64,000 bases of DNA from Squalus acanthias (GCA_030390025.1 CM059432.1:99388001-99452000); one strand, 5' to 3'. Positions 26,550 to 40,449 are shown, counted from the stretch's first letter. Notes: generated from the letters alone by a model not told the origin. A program made the numbers and translations.

Positions 26550-26940
26550 AACAACAACAACAACAACTTGTATTTATATAGTGCCTTTAACGTAGTAAAA
26601 CCTCCCAAGGTGTTTCACAGGAGTATTAAAAGATAAAAACTTTGATAATAAGGAGAAATTAGTGCAGGTGACCAAAAGCTTGGTCAAAGAGGTAGGTTTT
26701 AAGGAGCGTCTTAAAGGAGGAAAGAGAGGTAGCGAGGCGGAGAGGTTTAGGCAGGGAATTCCAGAGCTTAGGGCCGAGGCAACAGAAGGCACGGCCACCA
26801 ATGGTTGAGCGATTATAATCAGGGATGCTCAAGAGGGCGGAATTAGAGGTGCACTGATATCTCAAGGGGTTGTGGGGCTGAAGGAGATTACAGAGATAGG
26901 GAGGGGCGAGGCCATGGAGGGATTTGAAAACAAGGATGTT
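26550..26940 (-). mobile_element. L2-clade LINE 3' end
   Basis: GGRAFCCLGPKLWNSLPKPLRLATSLSSFKTLLKTYLFDQAF; (TTG)n tail; 3' tail motif shared with the SINEs. Confidence 0.85.
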
Positions 26941-29519
26941 TGAAATTTGTTGAGGTAAGGTTAATGGAATGAAGCTAAAGCCCTTGCTAAGTATTTAAGG
27001 TTTAGAGGTAGAAAGGAGAAAATTCGATGGGTTGATAAAAATGCAGTAAACAGGACTGCATAGGTGGTGAATTAAGGATCAGCTAAAAGTGTAGGGAAAG
27101 AAAGAGTAGGATATCTCCTTGATTCCACGAGACACTTGAGTTTCCAATCTTCATTGCCAGAAAGAAGGAGAAAAATCATTTGTGATAGATGAGGTAAAGA
27201 ATAAGTGAAACGAGGGAGCAGAATAGCTGCAATATATGTTAAGCCAATGCTGCTGGAGAGTGAGTTGAGCTAGGGTGGATTATGTGAAATTGTAAAAGTA
27301 ATGTTCAGGGAGGAGTGCTGCTCATCAGAGTGAGCATGAAACGAGGATGGAATTTCAGCTGGGATCCAAAGGGAATAAGTTAGCATTGAAGTCAAGCACT
27401 AAGAAAAGAAATACAAGGGGGGAGGGGGGTAGTTTACAACTGGGTAATGTTATTATTTAAAGACTGACTAATAAGGTGCTGCTCTTGTTGTCTTGAAACT
27501 TAATCAATTGGCCAACATCCTCTCAGACCGTGGAAAGGTGCTCTGCTGTCCTTTACAGGTGATTTATATTTTCTATTGTGCTGTAATTTAGCTATTGCAA
27601 CCGTTCTTGGGACATTAATTCATTTTCTAAATTGCTCTACCATTCTGGGCATTATTATATCTTACGAATGCGGGGTTTCAATTTCCTCTGTGCAGAATTT
27701 TCAGCAACCTGGTTAATGTATCTGTATGCACTTCCTGTCTGCACTATTTTAACATCATCATTAAACAAGTTTGTTTTAAATCAGATTAACACCTATACAA
27801 TAACACATACAAAAAGTTAGTGTGACTTTGTAGCAAAGTACTAAACATACCACATAGAGGAAATTGTAGCTCAAAAATTTCTGTGTCATAATAAATGAAT
27901 GTGAAGTTTCTCCAGACTTTCTGATTGATCTGTGATAACCATGTGGTAGTATCTGTCAAATGCGTAACAGAAACCAATCAGATCCCAGAGCCATAGAAAG
28001 AAAGCGGCCATAAAGGTCTGATCTCCAGACTCTCTTGCTCTGCCAGTTTTGATTTGGTGCTGGTGAGTTTCTTGATGATATGACTCACAGCTAAAATTTG
28101 CACTTGCCTGCTCTATCAGTTTTTTTGTTTCATGACCCAACTCTGCAGCATCTGTCTTCCAAGCTAACCCAGCTCTTTAGCATCCCTACCCATTAATAGC
28201 CTGACTCTTTTACCAAGCCTCTCATACACCAACTCAAGTCTGAAGGTGGAGCCCTCACTACCCGTGAGCAGTGCCAAGGGACAATTATTAGTGGTTTTGA
28301 ATTTTCTTGATAACGATGGCCCAATTTTTTTGACACTCCTTTGTGGTTGATAATATTTTAAGGTCAAAAAATGTATGACTCACTTTTTTTGTACTGTCTC
28401 ATCAATATTGTGTGTCAGGATATTACCTATCCCCATAAAAACGGTCTTTGTTATGTAAAAGCCCAGAGTGTGCTCTGCTGAATGTAAAGCAGTAGAAGGA
28501 ATGGGTTGTCTCATGTGCCATTAGGCACGGAAGAGAGAAAAGGAGAAGAATGTAACTAATATACTATATGGTTCCATCTCACTGAAAATTATTCACCTGA
28601 CTCTGCTTCATGCTGGCATTTTCCACTTTTTGAAACTATTATAAGTCAGCTAATTTGCGTAGGTCATTTCCATTCATTAAAGTGGCAACTTTGAATAATT
28701 TCAATTCCTCTGATTGTGATGGCTTAGTGGCTTAGCTGGCTTACTGCCAGTATTAAGTTCAATTTTATTTGAGTCAAAAATGGGTTGTGATTGGCTTAAC
28801 AGTAACACTATGCAATTACCGCAGCAAATGTGTCAAAATCATCTTTCTGCTGAATAGTCAAAAATAAGGTCCTTCATTACTGACTGATTTAAGATCCTGT
28901 TGCTGCTCATTGCAACCAGGGGAATTCTAACCACATTGTCGTGAGACTGTATTCTGAGCACTGCTATTTAAACCTTTCCAATACCAGATTATTTTTATTT
29001 GCTGGGTTTTGCACTGAAAGCAATAATATGTTGAATGAAAATGGAACTAAATTTGAGCACAAGTCCAAAGCTTTTATCTTCAAAGTAATCGCAACTTAAA
29101 TTCAATAGTCCCCAGACAGCTGACTTTGAGTTGTGTGTTGACTACTGAATTCTTGCTTTATTTTGGCTATTAGTTTAAAATAAAACCATGATAGTTTCCT
29201 GAACAGCGAGGCAGCTTTTTGAACAGAATTGTATTTTGAATGGTTCATTTTATTGGCGAATAAGTCAACTGAGAAATGTTAACAGATTCCAATCCAATCA
29301 TCCACCACTCAGTGCATATTCTACATGAAGTTACTGCTAGCGCTACGTAAATACTTTGATCGGAAGAGAAACTGCCTGATAAATCTTATTAATAATTATT
29401 TGAATATTATTGGGTCTTATAGAAGTAATAGTTGAAAATAGGAAGGTGATTTTTTTTAAGTTGCTAAATTATCTCAACTTTGTCACATTCCTCTTTGCAT
29501 TGTAACGAAACAAAAGAGA

Positions 29520-30700
29520 AAAAAACTTGCATTTATATAGCACCTGTCATCCTTAGGTCATCTCAAAGTGTTTCACATCGAATTCATTGGCCCAGAAATT
29601 GATCTCGCTCTGTTCCCGCGGGGGTAAGCCTTTCCCGCGATGTCTCACCTCGCTTATGCTTTTTCTGATCCAGCTCGCACGAAATTGATGTTCCAGACAT
29701 CAGCTGTGCTGGGCTTGCGTATCCCAGCGGCGTAGTTAATTCGTGCGAGCTGTGGGATCACGTGACTCAGTTAGAGCCAATGGCAGCACACCATCTTCCA
29801 TTCATAAGTCTCACAGCATGGCTGAGAGACTTATGAATCTTACACCCCCCCAAAATAACAGCTAAACCTCAATTAAATTTAAAAAAAACCCCATCACATT
29901 AATAAAATAAGTATAGTTAATTAAATTAACCATTTTAAATAAAAAATTAAATTTTTGAAAAAATTTAAAATCTTTTAAAAAGTTATAAAAATAAACTTAC
30001 CTGTCTTTAAAGTCTATAAAAAAGATATACCTGTAAAAAAAAATTCAAAAAAATACTTAATTCACTACTTACCTTCTTAAAAGCGGGTCTTACTCCTACT
30101 TTTTACATTTCCAAAATCTTCAGTACTTACCTGCGCGTCCAAAGCATGAAGTGCACAGCGTGCGCGCAGCCTGTAGCGCGCACGCGATGCACTCCGGCCC
30201 CGCCCCCTTTTCGGAAGAGCAATTGCCGGTTTTCAGCGCATGCGCAGGGCATGCAGAAAACCGGCAATTGGAGTGGGAATACGCGAGAGTATGCAGTGCG
30301 TACTCTCGCGTCCCGGGATCAATTTTCGGCCCATTATTATTTAAAGTGTAGTTGCTGTTGTTATTTAGGCAAGTTGGCAGTCAATTTGCACAAGTCAAGG
30401 TCTCATAAACAAATGAGATGGCTGACCAGGTAATCTTCTTTTGGGGTGTTAGTTGAGTGAGAAATATTGGCCAAGATTCTGTTGTGGAATATTTTACATC
30501 ACAGGACTCTGGGAGAACTGCCTCTTCTTCTTCTAATAGTGTTGTGGAATCTTTTACATCACAGTTTAAAATGTAATCTGAAAGACAGCACTACTAACAA
30601 TACAGCACTCCCTCTGTAATGCACTGATCTTCCAGGGTAGGTTATGTGCTCAGATCCTGGAGCAAAGCTATGAACCCACAGCCTGCTGAGAGTGCTACAA
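29520..30700 (-). mobile_element. Old DeuSINE-like SINE split by a family A MITE
   Basis: Tail acttgcatttatatagcacc at ~29525; the body resumes after 30335. Confidence 0.7.
29589..30332 (+). mobile_element. MITE family A, copy 3
   Basis: Exact ATT TSD (29586-29588 and 30333-30335); near-identical to copy 2. Confidence 0.93.
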
Positions 30701-30774
30701 CCTGAAAACATAATGAAATACAAGACACAAATAATGTAATGAATGTGCATATTCACTTTATCATAGAATTGATA

Positions 30775-33010
30775 CTTTCCCTGTGGCAGACAGCAAGGAA
30801 ACTCCTCTGTAATTACCGCAATCGGACTTGTCACCTTTCTTGAAGATTGTCACAATTACGGTGTCTCTGAGATCCCCTGGCATGCTCTCCTCCTTCCAGA
30901 TAAGAGAAATGAGTTCATGAATTCGTGCCAGTAGGGCTTCTCCACCATGCTTTAGTGCCTCGGCAGGGATTCCACCTGCTCCTGAGGCTTTGTTGTTTTT
31001 CAGTTGTCGGATGGCCTTTTCAACCTCACGCCGGGCTGGGGTTGTGCTGAGATGGTGGCGGGTAGCATGCTGCGGGATGGAGTTGAGGACACTCGCGTCG
31101 AAGACAGAGTCTCGGTTAAGGAGATCTTTGAAGTGCTCCTTCCAGCGGGCACTGACTGCCTCTCTGTCCTTGATGAGTACCTCTCCGTTCTTGGCCCGCA
31201 GTGGGGTAGGACCTTGGGTGCTTGGGCCGTAGATGGTCTTGACTACGCTAAAGAATCCACGCACATCGTGGTTGTCAGCTAGCTGCTGGATCCTGCGCTT
31301 TCTCCACCCACCATCTGTTCTTTAGGTCGCGAGTTTTTTGTTGGACCTCGGCCTTCAGGCGTCTGTAGAGCTGCTTTCTTGCTCTCGAGTTGTGTTGCTG
31401 TTTCCAGATCAGGAATGCCTTGCGCTTGCGGCTTATTAGCTCCTGGATGCCCTGGTCATTCTCGTCGAACCAGTCTTGGTGATTCCTGGTCGCGTGACCT
31501 GGTCGAATCCTCCTCAATCGCCTTCTCCCAGTGGCCGAAGAGCTCCTCCCAGAGTCGCAATGCAGATTACGCCCACTAAGGGGCACAATGGACATGATCT
31601 TCACCGCACGTCAATTACAAGAGAAATGCAGGGAACAGCACCAACCGCCGTATATGGCCTTCTTTGATCTCACAAAGGCCTTCGACACTGTCAACCGTGA
31701 GGGATTATGGAGTGAACTGCTCAAATTCGGCTGCGCTCAAAAGTTTGTCACCATCCTCCACCTGCTTCACGACGACATGCAAGCCGTGATCCTGACCAAC
31801 GGTTCCACCACAGACTCAATTCATGTACGGACCTGGGTCAAGCAAGGCTGTGTCATCGCACCAACGCTCTTCTCGATCTTCCTTGCTGCAATGCTCCATC
31901 TCACCCTCAGTAAGCTCCCCGCTGGAGTAGAGCTAATTTACAGAACAAACGGGAAACTGTTCAACCTCCGTCGTCTCCAGTCCAGATCCAAGGTCGTCCC
32001 ATCATCTGTCATCGAATTACAGTAAGCAGACGACGCTTGCGTCTGCGCTCACTCGGAGGTCGAACTCCAAACCATCGTCAACACCTTCACCGAAGCGTAC
32101 GAGAGCATGGGCCTTACACTAAACATCCGTAAGACAAAGGTCGTCTACCAACCTGCCCCCGCCACACAGTACTGCCCCCCGATTATCAAAATCCACGACA
32201 AGGCCTTGGACAACGTGGACCACTTTCCATACCTCGGGCGCCTACTGTCAACAAGGACAGACATCGATGACGAAGTCCAACACCGCCTTCAGTGTGCCAG
32301 TGCAGCCTTCGGATGCCTGAGGAAGAGAATGTTTGAAGACCAGGGCCTCAAATCCAGCACTAAGCTCATGGTCTACAGAACAGTAGTGATAGCCAGCCTC
32401 CTGTATGCCTCAGAGACATGGACCATGTACAGCAGGCACCTCAAAGCACTGGAGAGGTACCACCAACGCTGCCTCCGCAAGATCCTGCAAATCCATTGGC
32501 AGGATAGGCGCACCGTCAGTGTTCTCGCTCAGGCCAACACCCCCAGCATCGAAGCTTTGACCACACTCAATCAGCTCTGATGGACGGGTCACATCGTCCA
32601 CATGCCCGATACGAGACTCCCAAAACAAGCGCTCTACTCGGAGCTCCGGCACGGCAAGAGAGCCCCAGGTGGGCAGAGGAAACGCTTCAAGGACACCCTC
32701 AAAGCCTCCTTGAAAAAGTGCAACATCCCCACTGACAACTGGGAATCCCTGGCCCAAGACCGCACAAAGTGGAGGAGAAGCATCCGGGAAGGCACCGAAC
32801 ACCTCGAGTCTCTTCGCCGGGAGCAAGCGGAAGCCAAGCGCAAACAGCGGAAGGAGCGCACGTCAACCCGAGCACCCCATCTACTCGCCCCTTCAACCAC
32901 CGTCTGCCCCACCTATGACAGAGACTGTAGGTTCCGCATTGGATTCATCAGTCACCTGCGAACTCATTTTTAATGTGGAAGCAAGTCATCCTCGATTCCG
33001 AGGGACTGCC

Positions 33011-33038
<28 letters not shown>
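30775..33038 (+). mobile_element. RTE-clade LINE, 5'-truncated with an inverted 5' segment (30775-31499 on the - strand)
   Basis: RT motifs DLTKAFDTVNREGLW, KQGCVIAPTLF, FPYLG, C-terminal CPT..SHLRTH; (GA)n tail; 10-bp TSD agaattgata (30765-30774 and 33039-33048). Confidence 0.93.
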
Positions 33039-33044
<6 letters not shown>

Positions 33045-34840
33045 GATAGTTGTGGGTATAACTTTTACCAGGATGCTAGAATACAACTGAAATTTCTAGG
33101 TTTAACTAGCTCAGCCAATGTTCTGTGGCGCATGTTGCATTTACATTAGTTGCCAAGCTCTCCCATTCTCCATGAGCTGCTTTACCTTGGGTCCTGGAGT
33201 TAACTTACAACCAAAAAGCCTCTTCTCCCCCCACCCTCACACTGTGCTTCACATTCTCCAAAAGAATTTCAATTTGCATGCCTGGGCCATTTACCTGGTA
33301 TGTGGTACTGTTACATAGGCTTACTTTGGCATCTTCTTTAAGGTCTTCTATACTCTTCCTCATCTGCAGGTACTCAACACAACATTAACTCAGGCTTCCA
33401 CTTCCTGCAAGACATGATGCACTGCTCCCTCTGCATTCCCATATTTTGAATACATATAGGAGGAGTCCTCACTGGCCTTTACTTTCAAGGAAAGTAATTA
33501 TTTCTTATTCACCCAGCTAAATAGGACAGTTACTGTTAACCAGACATGTCAGTGGAGAGGAAATAATGCAAGTTCCCAACCATCAACATCACACAGAGAC
33601 AAACAGCTTAGCAGTCCTGAAAACCTGTGGAACTTTGATCCTGCCATAAAGTGCTGGGATCGGCCTGCTGGGAACCTCCACTGATCAACCTGCTGGCATA
33701 TCTGCAGTTAGGGGGAGGTTCCCTTATTTCCATACCACTGGCAGGTGCCCGCGTCACCATGGGCACATCGCGAGCATCTGCTAATTGCAAGGATTGGACC
33801 CCAAAGTGGATCCCATATTCGCTGGCCGGAAGACTGGTGCTCCTATTTTCTCCCACTGTACCGGCTGCCTAGCAGATCAAGATCAAGAAAACTCTTGGCC
33901 TGGGAGTTCCTTGCCTCTAGCCACATTCACTCTGAGGTACAGGGCCATGTTTGGGCAGACAGTGGTTCCACTCCAAACAGAATCCTCCAGAAAATTGATA
34001 GTGTAGGCCAGGACCCTGCGTATTCGGGTCCCAACTTAATTTCTGGGTCTTCAACTGCACTCCCAGTGAACTTACGCCAAGTGTGTGCTGGGAGTGTGTC
34101 AGAAGGCCTGCATAATTATGGGGCCTTCTTTCACAAGGGAAATCATTAAACATGATCCAAGAGAACATATTAAATTGAATTGAGACAGATTTTAAGTACT
34201 AAGGTACTTCCAGTTCCAGAATGAGTGAGAGATCAATCCATTCTGCTTACTAACTAGAAATCACTCCAATTTTTCCTCATCAATTATAGTTTCCTAGCCC
34301 ACAGTATGTACTGCTGAATAGCTGAAGTCAGTACAGATATCATGCAAAAGCCATACAACTTTTGTTTCAGAAACCTGTTCAGTTTGTATAAGAGATATTT
34401 GTCATTTATACAGTTGCAGTAGCTATCCGAAATGCTAGACAAATGAATGCTGTTTTCCTCCATTGCAATTACAGATTGTTCTGCCTTTGAATATTGTCTC
34501 TTCTGCCGTGGTTGGTATACAAATTCTGTAGTCTGCAGAATTCATCGACAGCCCTTGAACCATGAGCCACATAATTGGTATGAATTAGTGGTGAGCTTTT
34601 ACCCATCAGGAATTTATTTTTGTCTTAAGCAGTTCAGAGAGCTGGTAGATCTGTAAAATATGTCTCCGGCTGAGCCTCCTCAAAGTAGAACAATAGTGCA
34701 GACAGAGAGGGATTCACTGGGAAATGAGTAAGGAGATAATTATTCACATATATATTGGAACATTGTATTGGAAGTTACATAGAAATATTCCATTGAGCAT
34801 TACATGTATCACGTTCTTGATAATTCACCTAAGGTACAAA

Positions 34841-35486
34841 GGGCTAAAAATTGAGTATCGCCCCCTTTGGGGTGCTAACTTCGCCAGGACGCTACTTTTA
34901 GCACCCCGGAAAAATTACCACCCCCACGACGGAAATTGAGTGGTAGCGCCCCAAGAGGGAAGCGGGGCGCTACTGGAAGCACCCCGCCTCCCTCTTGGGG
35001 CGCTGCGAGAGAATATCACGGCGCTACGTGCCGCAGCGCCATGCGGGGCCCAGCTGGGCCCCCGGGGATCGGGAGTGCTGGCAAAAGAGCCCGGCACTCA
35101 AGAGAAGTGCCAGGCTCTTGGAGCGCAGCCGGCACGCCGCGGGGCGGGTAAGGAGGCCAGGGACGGGAGCGCAGGCAGATGCTGGCAGGCGGCCAGCAAC
35201 AAAAATGGCCGCCCCGCACCTCGCCTTTAAATAGCGCCTCCCCGGCCGCAGGTAGGCCCCCCTGACCCCGTTGGACATAGCGCCCGGCAGTAAGTCAGGG
35301 GGCGCTCCCGAAGATCGTGGCCGGGACGCTGCACACGGCGATGATGTCATCACCGGCGGCGCAGCGCCACAGGGCGCTACTGGTTAGCGCTGCCGCTAAC
35401 CTCCCACTGAATTTTGCGGGAGGTGTGGGCGGCGCCGCGCCCGGGCGCTAGTTGCGGGAGGCGCAAAGCAACCAAATTTTTCCCCC
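34841..35486 (+). mobile_element. Harbinger MITE family B
   Basis: gggctaaaaattgagt terminus like that at 60751; right end aaatttttccccc; inverted homologue of 3571-4039. Confidence 0.85.
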
Positions 35487-35966
35487 ATTGACACTAATAG
35501 GAACATTTTAAAAGCGTTTGAATATAATTTGTTTTAAATTACAAAATAAAACAGACTACTTTACACCAATATAACTAGAAAATGGTTCTGTGTAGTTTTT
35601 TTTTAAAGTCATTTTCAGTTATTTAAAATTGTGATAAACGCATTTTCAGCTGTATTAATCAAACTGCACCAAGTTAAATATATCAAGGAATTTTTTTAAA
35701 GCAAAATTCTTTAAAAAAAAATTAAGTTCTAAAATGCTGCTCGATTGTGCTGGTTCATGGCAGATTTTTCATTCAGCGATATGCAAATGAGTTTGCGCAG
35801 AAACTTGAGAGAATAAACACTTCTTAAAACTAGTGCAATTTTGGGTGCAATTTGCTCCTGAATCTTCGATTGCGCTTGTTGTAATGAAGAGAGATTCACG
35901 TTGTCTCTTTACTTGAGTTGTAACAAAAATATTCATTGCTTCAGGTTCAATACCTTTATTTCTTCA

Positions 35967-36185
35967 TGATGTGGAGATGCCGGTGTTGGACTGGGGTGGA
36001 CAAATGTGAGAAGTCGCACAACACCAGGTTATAGTCCAACAGTTTTATTTGAAATCACAAGCTTTCGGAGCGCTGCTCCTTTGTCAGGTGAAGTGACTTC
36101 ACCTGACGAAGGAGCAGCGCTCCGAAAGCTTGTGATTTCAAATAAAACTGTTGGACTATAACCTGGTGTTGTGCGACTTCTCACA
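35967..36185. mobile_element. Penelope-like pLTR fold-back insertion (219 bp)
   Basis: Near-perfect palindrome at 36002-36188; 12-bp direct repeat tttatttcttca on both flanks (35955-35966 and 36186-36197). Confidence 0.85.
36097..36137 (+). ncRNA. Minimal type I hammerhead ribozyme motif
   Basis: tcac-CTGACGA-a-ggagc(agc)gctcc-GAAA-gc-TT-gtga: conserved core, 5-bp helix II, palindromic helix III and helix I tcac/gtga. Confidence 0.8.
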
Positions 36186-37344
36186 TTTATTTCTTCAGTC
36201 AGTATGCAAAGCACTTTACAAGCAGAGTAGATTAAACAGATACGAGTACAATAGATGTAAGCATGCAGCCTAACATTGTGCTAAACTTTAAAACACAAAA
36301 TGTCTGTTTTTATATAATTCTGTGCCTGTAGTGAACTCGAATCTGCCTCTTTTCCCTTGATTGGATTCCTTCTGTCACCTGACTTAATAAGACACCCCCC
36401 CTTTAGTAATCTTCCCATGGTGTCCATTTTGAATCAAATTTCAAGCTCCATGTCACGTCGCTTTCCTTATCTCATCTGTCCTCAGAACGTTATCTGTCTG
36501 CTTTACTGTGTGAAAAGCAGCTGCAGTTTAATAACTTCTTTGTCTTTCAAACATTTACAACCAAAAAGCCTTCATCTGGCAGGCGTCAGTCCCAGGACAG
36601 TTCTTTATTCAATTAATGACATGCACACACACACACACTATCCTGCAATAATGTTACCTATGCTAAAATAGCTGTTAGTTTTCCCACCATCTTTCTACCA
36701 AATTCATTTGGCTCACAAGTTTATTGAATATATAAAGAAAATATATGTTAATAAACAAATGCGAACTATACTATATGCGAAGCTAGCCTTAATATCCCAT
36801 CAAGCTCTCTGCCTCTTCTTTCTCCATGTTTCAACATGTCCCATGTTTCAACAGCGCCCAAAGCGGAAAAATTTATCTCACACTGTTTGAGGCTGCATGG
36901 GTTGTATGGACTCAGCTCATACTGTTATAGCTCTGTCTCAGAATAACTGTGGGTTATGAGTACAGATCCAAAATCTGGCATTAAAAGTGTTAGAAATCGC
37001 ACCAGATATCCACATTGTGAAATAACACATCCTACATTATAAGCAAACAGCCATACATTTTGATTTGTCCTGTGAAATTAAACTATAATTCTTGCTAACT
37101 TAGTCACAAAGTGGCATGAGCATCAAAAGTCACATTGATACAAAGACACCTTTGTTCACAATGGTTAAAAAAAGGCAGAATAGGGTAGATCTTCATATTT
37201 ACCACTTGGCACTAAATATTACCAGGGCAGAGTCCAGAAAGGGAAATCTGGAGCGTAGGATTGCATGCCAGTAACAGAATCTCCTGATTTTCCTTACATT
37301 AAAATAACTGGAAAGAAAATCTGCTGGGTTCTGGAAATGGTGTG

Positions 37345-39390
37345 TGAGGGGAGGAGAAACATTTTCACACAGAGAGTTGTAATGCTGCGGAATTCACTTC
37401 CAGGATTTGTGGTTGAGGCAGAAACCATGGCCGAGATTTTCCGGGGAGTCAGCGGGCGCGATCGGTGGTGGATCGGGTGGGAAAGTGTTTTAATTTCCCC
37501 AGCAGGTCGCGACCCCGCTGTAAACCCGCCGCCACGCGCCTTTCCCGGTGTCGGGTCTCTCAGTGCTGAGCAGACCCAACACGCAGCGGCGGGGGACCCA
37601 ATTCAGGTAATTATGACCTTGTTTAGAGATCATTAAGAATACATTTGAGCTCACCTTTTGATTTTACATGCTTGCCCACGGGGTCCTCGCTGAATGTGGA
37701 CCGTGTCTGTGAAGCTGAGGCAGGAGTTCAGTGGCCATTGAATCAGCTGTTGAGTTGACAGCTTCAAATGTCAAGTAAAAGCTCCCACCTTACAGAGATA
37801 TCTTCCCTCAGCCACAAGCTCTTCCTCACTGCATTTCCACAACAGATTCACCATGCTGCAAGTCTTTACACAAGTCTCCATCCAGTCTGACCTTATTACC
37901 TCTCTCACCTTTGACAGATCACTTCTGTCATCTCTACTTCACCTGCCATCTATTCCATCAGGATGGGTGCCCTTTATACTCTCTCACCTTGTCCTCAGAA
38001 TCCCACCACAATCAGCCCCAACACCAGCAGCACCAGGCACACCAGCAGCACCAACAACAACACCGCCAACCTTCTCCGCAATCACCTGATGCTGCACAGG
38101 ACACAGGGCATCAGCACCCAACCACATTGCTGCCTGGGAGGTCAGGAATGGCCTCACCATAGCCAGATTTACTTCACTTGATTCTGTATACCCTGGCTGC
38201 CACATGATGTGCCAGGTTGGCACCACCCCACACCAACACCATAAAGCATCCCTACAATGCCCAAGCCATTCCTTTCACACTCATCACCATTGCGGGGGGT
38301 GGGGGGGGGGGGGCGGGTACCATTATGTCTCACCATTCACTGCAACTTACTAAGTCACTTCCAATGGTGCACACAAATCTGTCCAAGAACGCAAAGTGTT
38401 GAAAATAAAGGTTTCAATGTTTGATACCACATTAACAGAACCTTTACATGAACATTGCATAAAACACCCAAGTGCCTACCCTTGTGTGTTGTTAGTTGGT
38501 ATGATTTTCTCGGATGAGGGTGAGTGTGAGGGGTGGCTAGTGAGTTGGGGATGAGATAATATAGATAGAGAGAGATGGGTGGAGGTCCAAGGTAAGTTGG
38601 TGTGAGAAGGATTTGCAGGAGTAAGGTAGGGAAGGCAGAGTGATGGGGATGCGATGAGAGACACAGCAGGATAAGGTTGAGTGTGGCTTTGTACTAACGT
38701 TTCATGATCTACTGTGATCATTGAAACATTTTTGGCACTGCACCCAGGTCCTCCTGATGACATCCCTGCTTGTGCCCTCCTGTGCAATGTGCAACCAGTC
38801 TGTGTTGATCTCCTGGGGAGGTCTCTTCCACCCATGGGATGGGAAGAGGACCTCCCTGCGTGCTGTGACTCCCTCCATAAGCATATGGAGGGAGTCATGG
38901 GAGAGCCTGGGTGCAGCCCTGTGCCTTTGTGCAGTGCTTGTCAGTGTCTGCAACAGCTCAATGCTGTAGAACACTGACAGCACAAATGTCAAAATAAAGT
39001 TGGCCATGGTCCTTTTAAGGAAACTGGCTGATGATGCGTCATCAAATGACGCCACCAGACCCACTTTCTCTAATTGGCCAGGAAACGCGCTGGGCGGGCT
39101 TAACAAGTTCCATCAAGGGAAAGTCAGTTTACAGAGCAGGCTGGAGCCAACAGCGGAGTCGGGACCAGCCGCCAACGTCACCCACCATGGACCCACCGAG
39201 TTTAGTAAAATCCTGGCCTATGTCAATATTCAAGTTTGGATTGGATAGGATGATGAAGGAAAAGGGGTTGGATTGATATGGGAAGAGGGTAAATGAACTA
39301 TTTGCTCGCATGGAGGGTAAACACTGACTCAAACTGGTTAGGCTGAATGGCCTGTGTCAATGTTGTAACTTCCATGTATTTCTATGCATT
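37345..39390 (+). mobile_element. CR1 3' fragment split by the Harbinger element at 37429-39218
   Basis: RRNIFTQRVVMLRNSLP before the insertion; FKFGLDRMMKEKGL and 3' UTR after it. Confidence 0.75.
37429..39218 (+). mobile_element. Non-autonomous Harbinger (~1.75 kb family), copy 3
   Basis: TIRs ggccgagatttt / aaaatcctggcc; flanks cat/tat; same internal junction as copies 1 and 2. Confidence 0.88.
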
Positions 39391-39861
39391 TCAATTTTTA
39401 ATTCTGATGCCATTAAAAACGTTATTCTAAGATATAGAAAATAGAGTGCAGGTCTTAGAATTTATTTTTTCAAATTCTCAAAAATTTTGCTGAAAAATTC
39501 CATAAATAATGACTTTGGTTCCTGCTACCCCAAAATTCTTTGGCTTAAATCTACACCCACAGAAAACTAGCATAAATGCAGGAAATTCACGTGTGCTGCT
39601 CTTTTGCATGCGGGAGGAGCTATGTTAATGAGCAACAGAGGTTTTCAGCTAAGATTTCATAAAACTTGAAGCAAAAAAAGGACCTAAGTTACTTACGCCT
39701 GAATTTCCCTGATCTTTTGCACTGAAAATCAGCTTTATGCCGTACTTATGCCCCCATTTCAATTATAGAGCCACAAGAAGACCAACAATGAGACTAATAG
39801 AGTATTAGATTTATTCCCAGAAAATGAAAAGCTCCCTATCAGCATAGTTAAAAAACACACT

Positions 39862-40051
39862 GGGGCTTATTTTAACATGAGGCACACAATGGGTGGTTGG
39901 CAGGCAGACTGTACCCATCACCCACCCATTGTGACTCCCATGAGCCATTTTGAGGCCCGGGCCTCATTTGCATACAGCCGGTGAGCTATATAATTGGTGG
40001 CCAATCCAATATTACCTGATCTATACCATCGCTGAAAGTTAAAATTACCCC
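39862..40051. mobile_element. Small (~190 bp) MITE
   Basis: Inverted ends ggggcttattttaac / gttaaaattacccc. Confidence 0.55.
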
Positions 40052-40449
40052 TTATATTAACAGAAAATTCAACAAATTCTCAGCGAGCACGAATGTCCTG
40101 GAATGACAAATAAAGATGTGTTGGTAATTTATTTGGCACAACTTTCCTCATTTCCCCTTATACTCCTGACAGCCAGAAATCTCCACCTCATAAATTGAAG
40201 CTGTGCTAACATGTGGAGTATAAAATAGTACTTCATTGGCTATAAAGCGCTTTGAGAGGTCCGGTGGTCATGAAAGGTGCCAAATAAATTCAAGTCTTTC
40301 TTTTATAAAATATACGCTTTTTAAAGAATTTTATCCAAAAAAACTATTTGTTATTGTATCAACAAATTAATGGAGTACTGAATTTAAAAAAGGATCTCAG
40401 ATGTTATTTCAATGGTTAAAAAGAGGTCAGCAAGTTTTATATATTCTTT

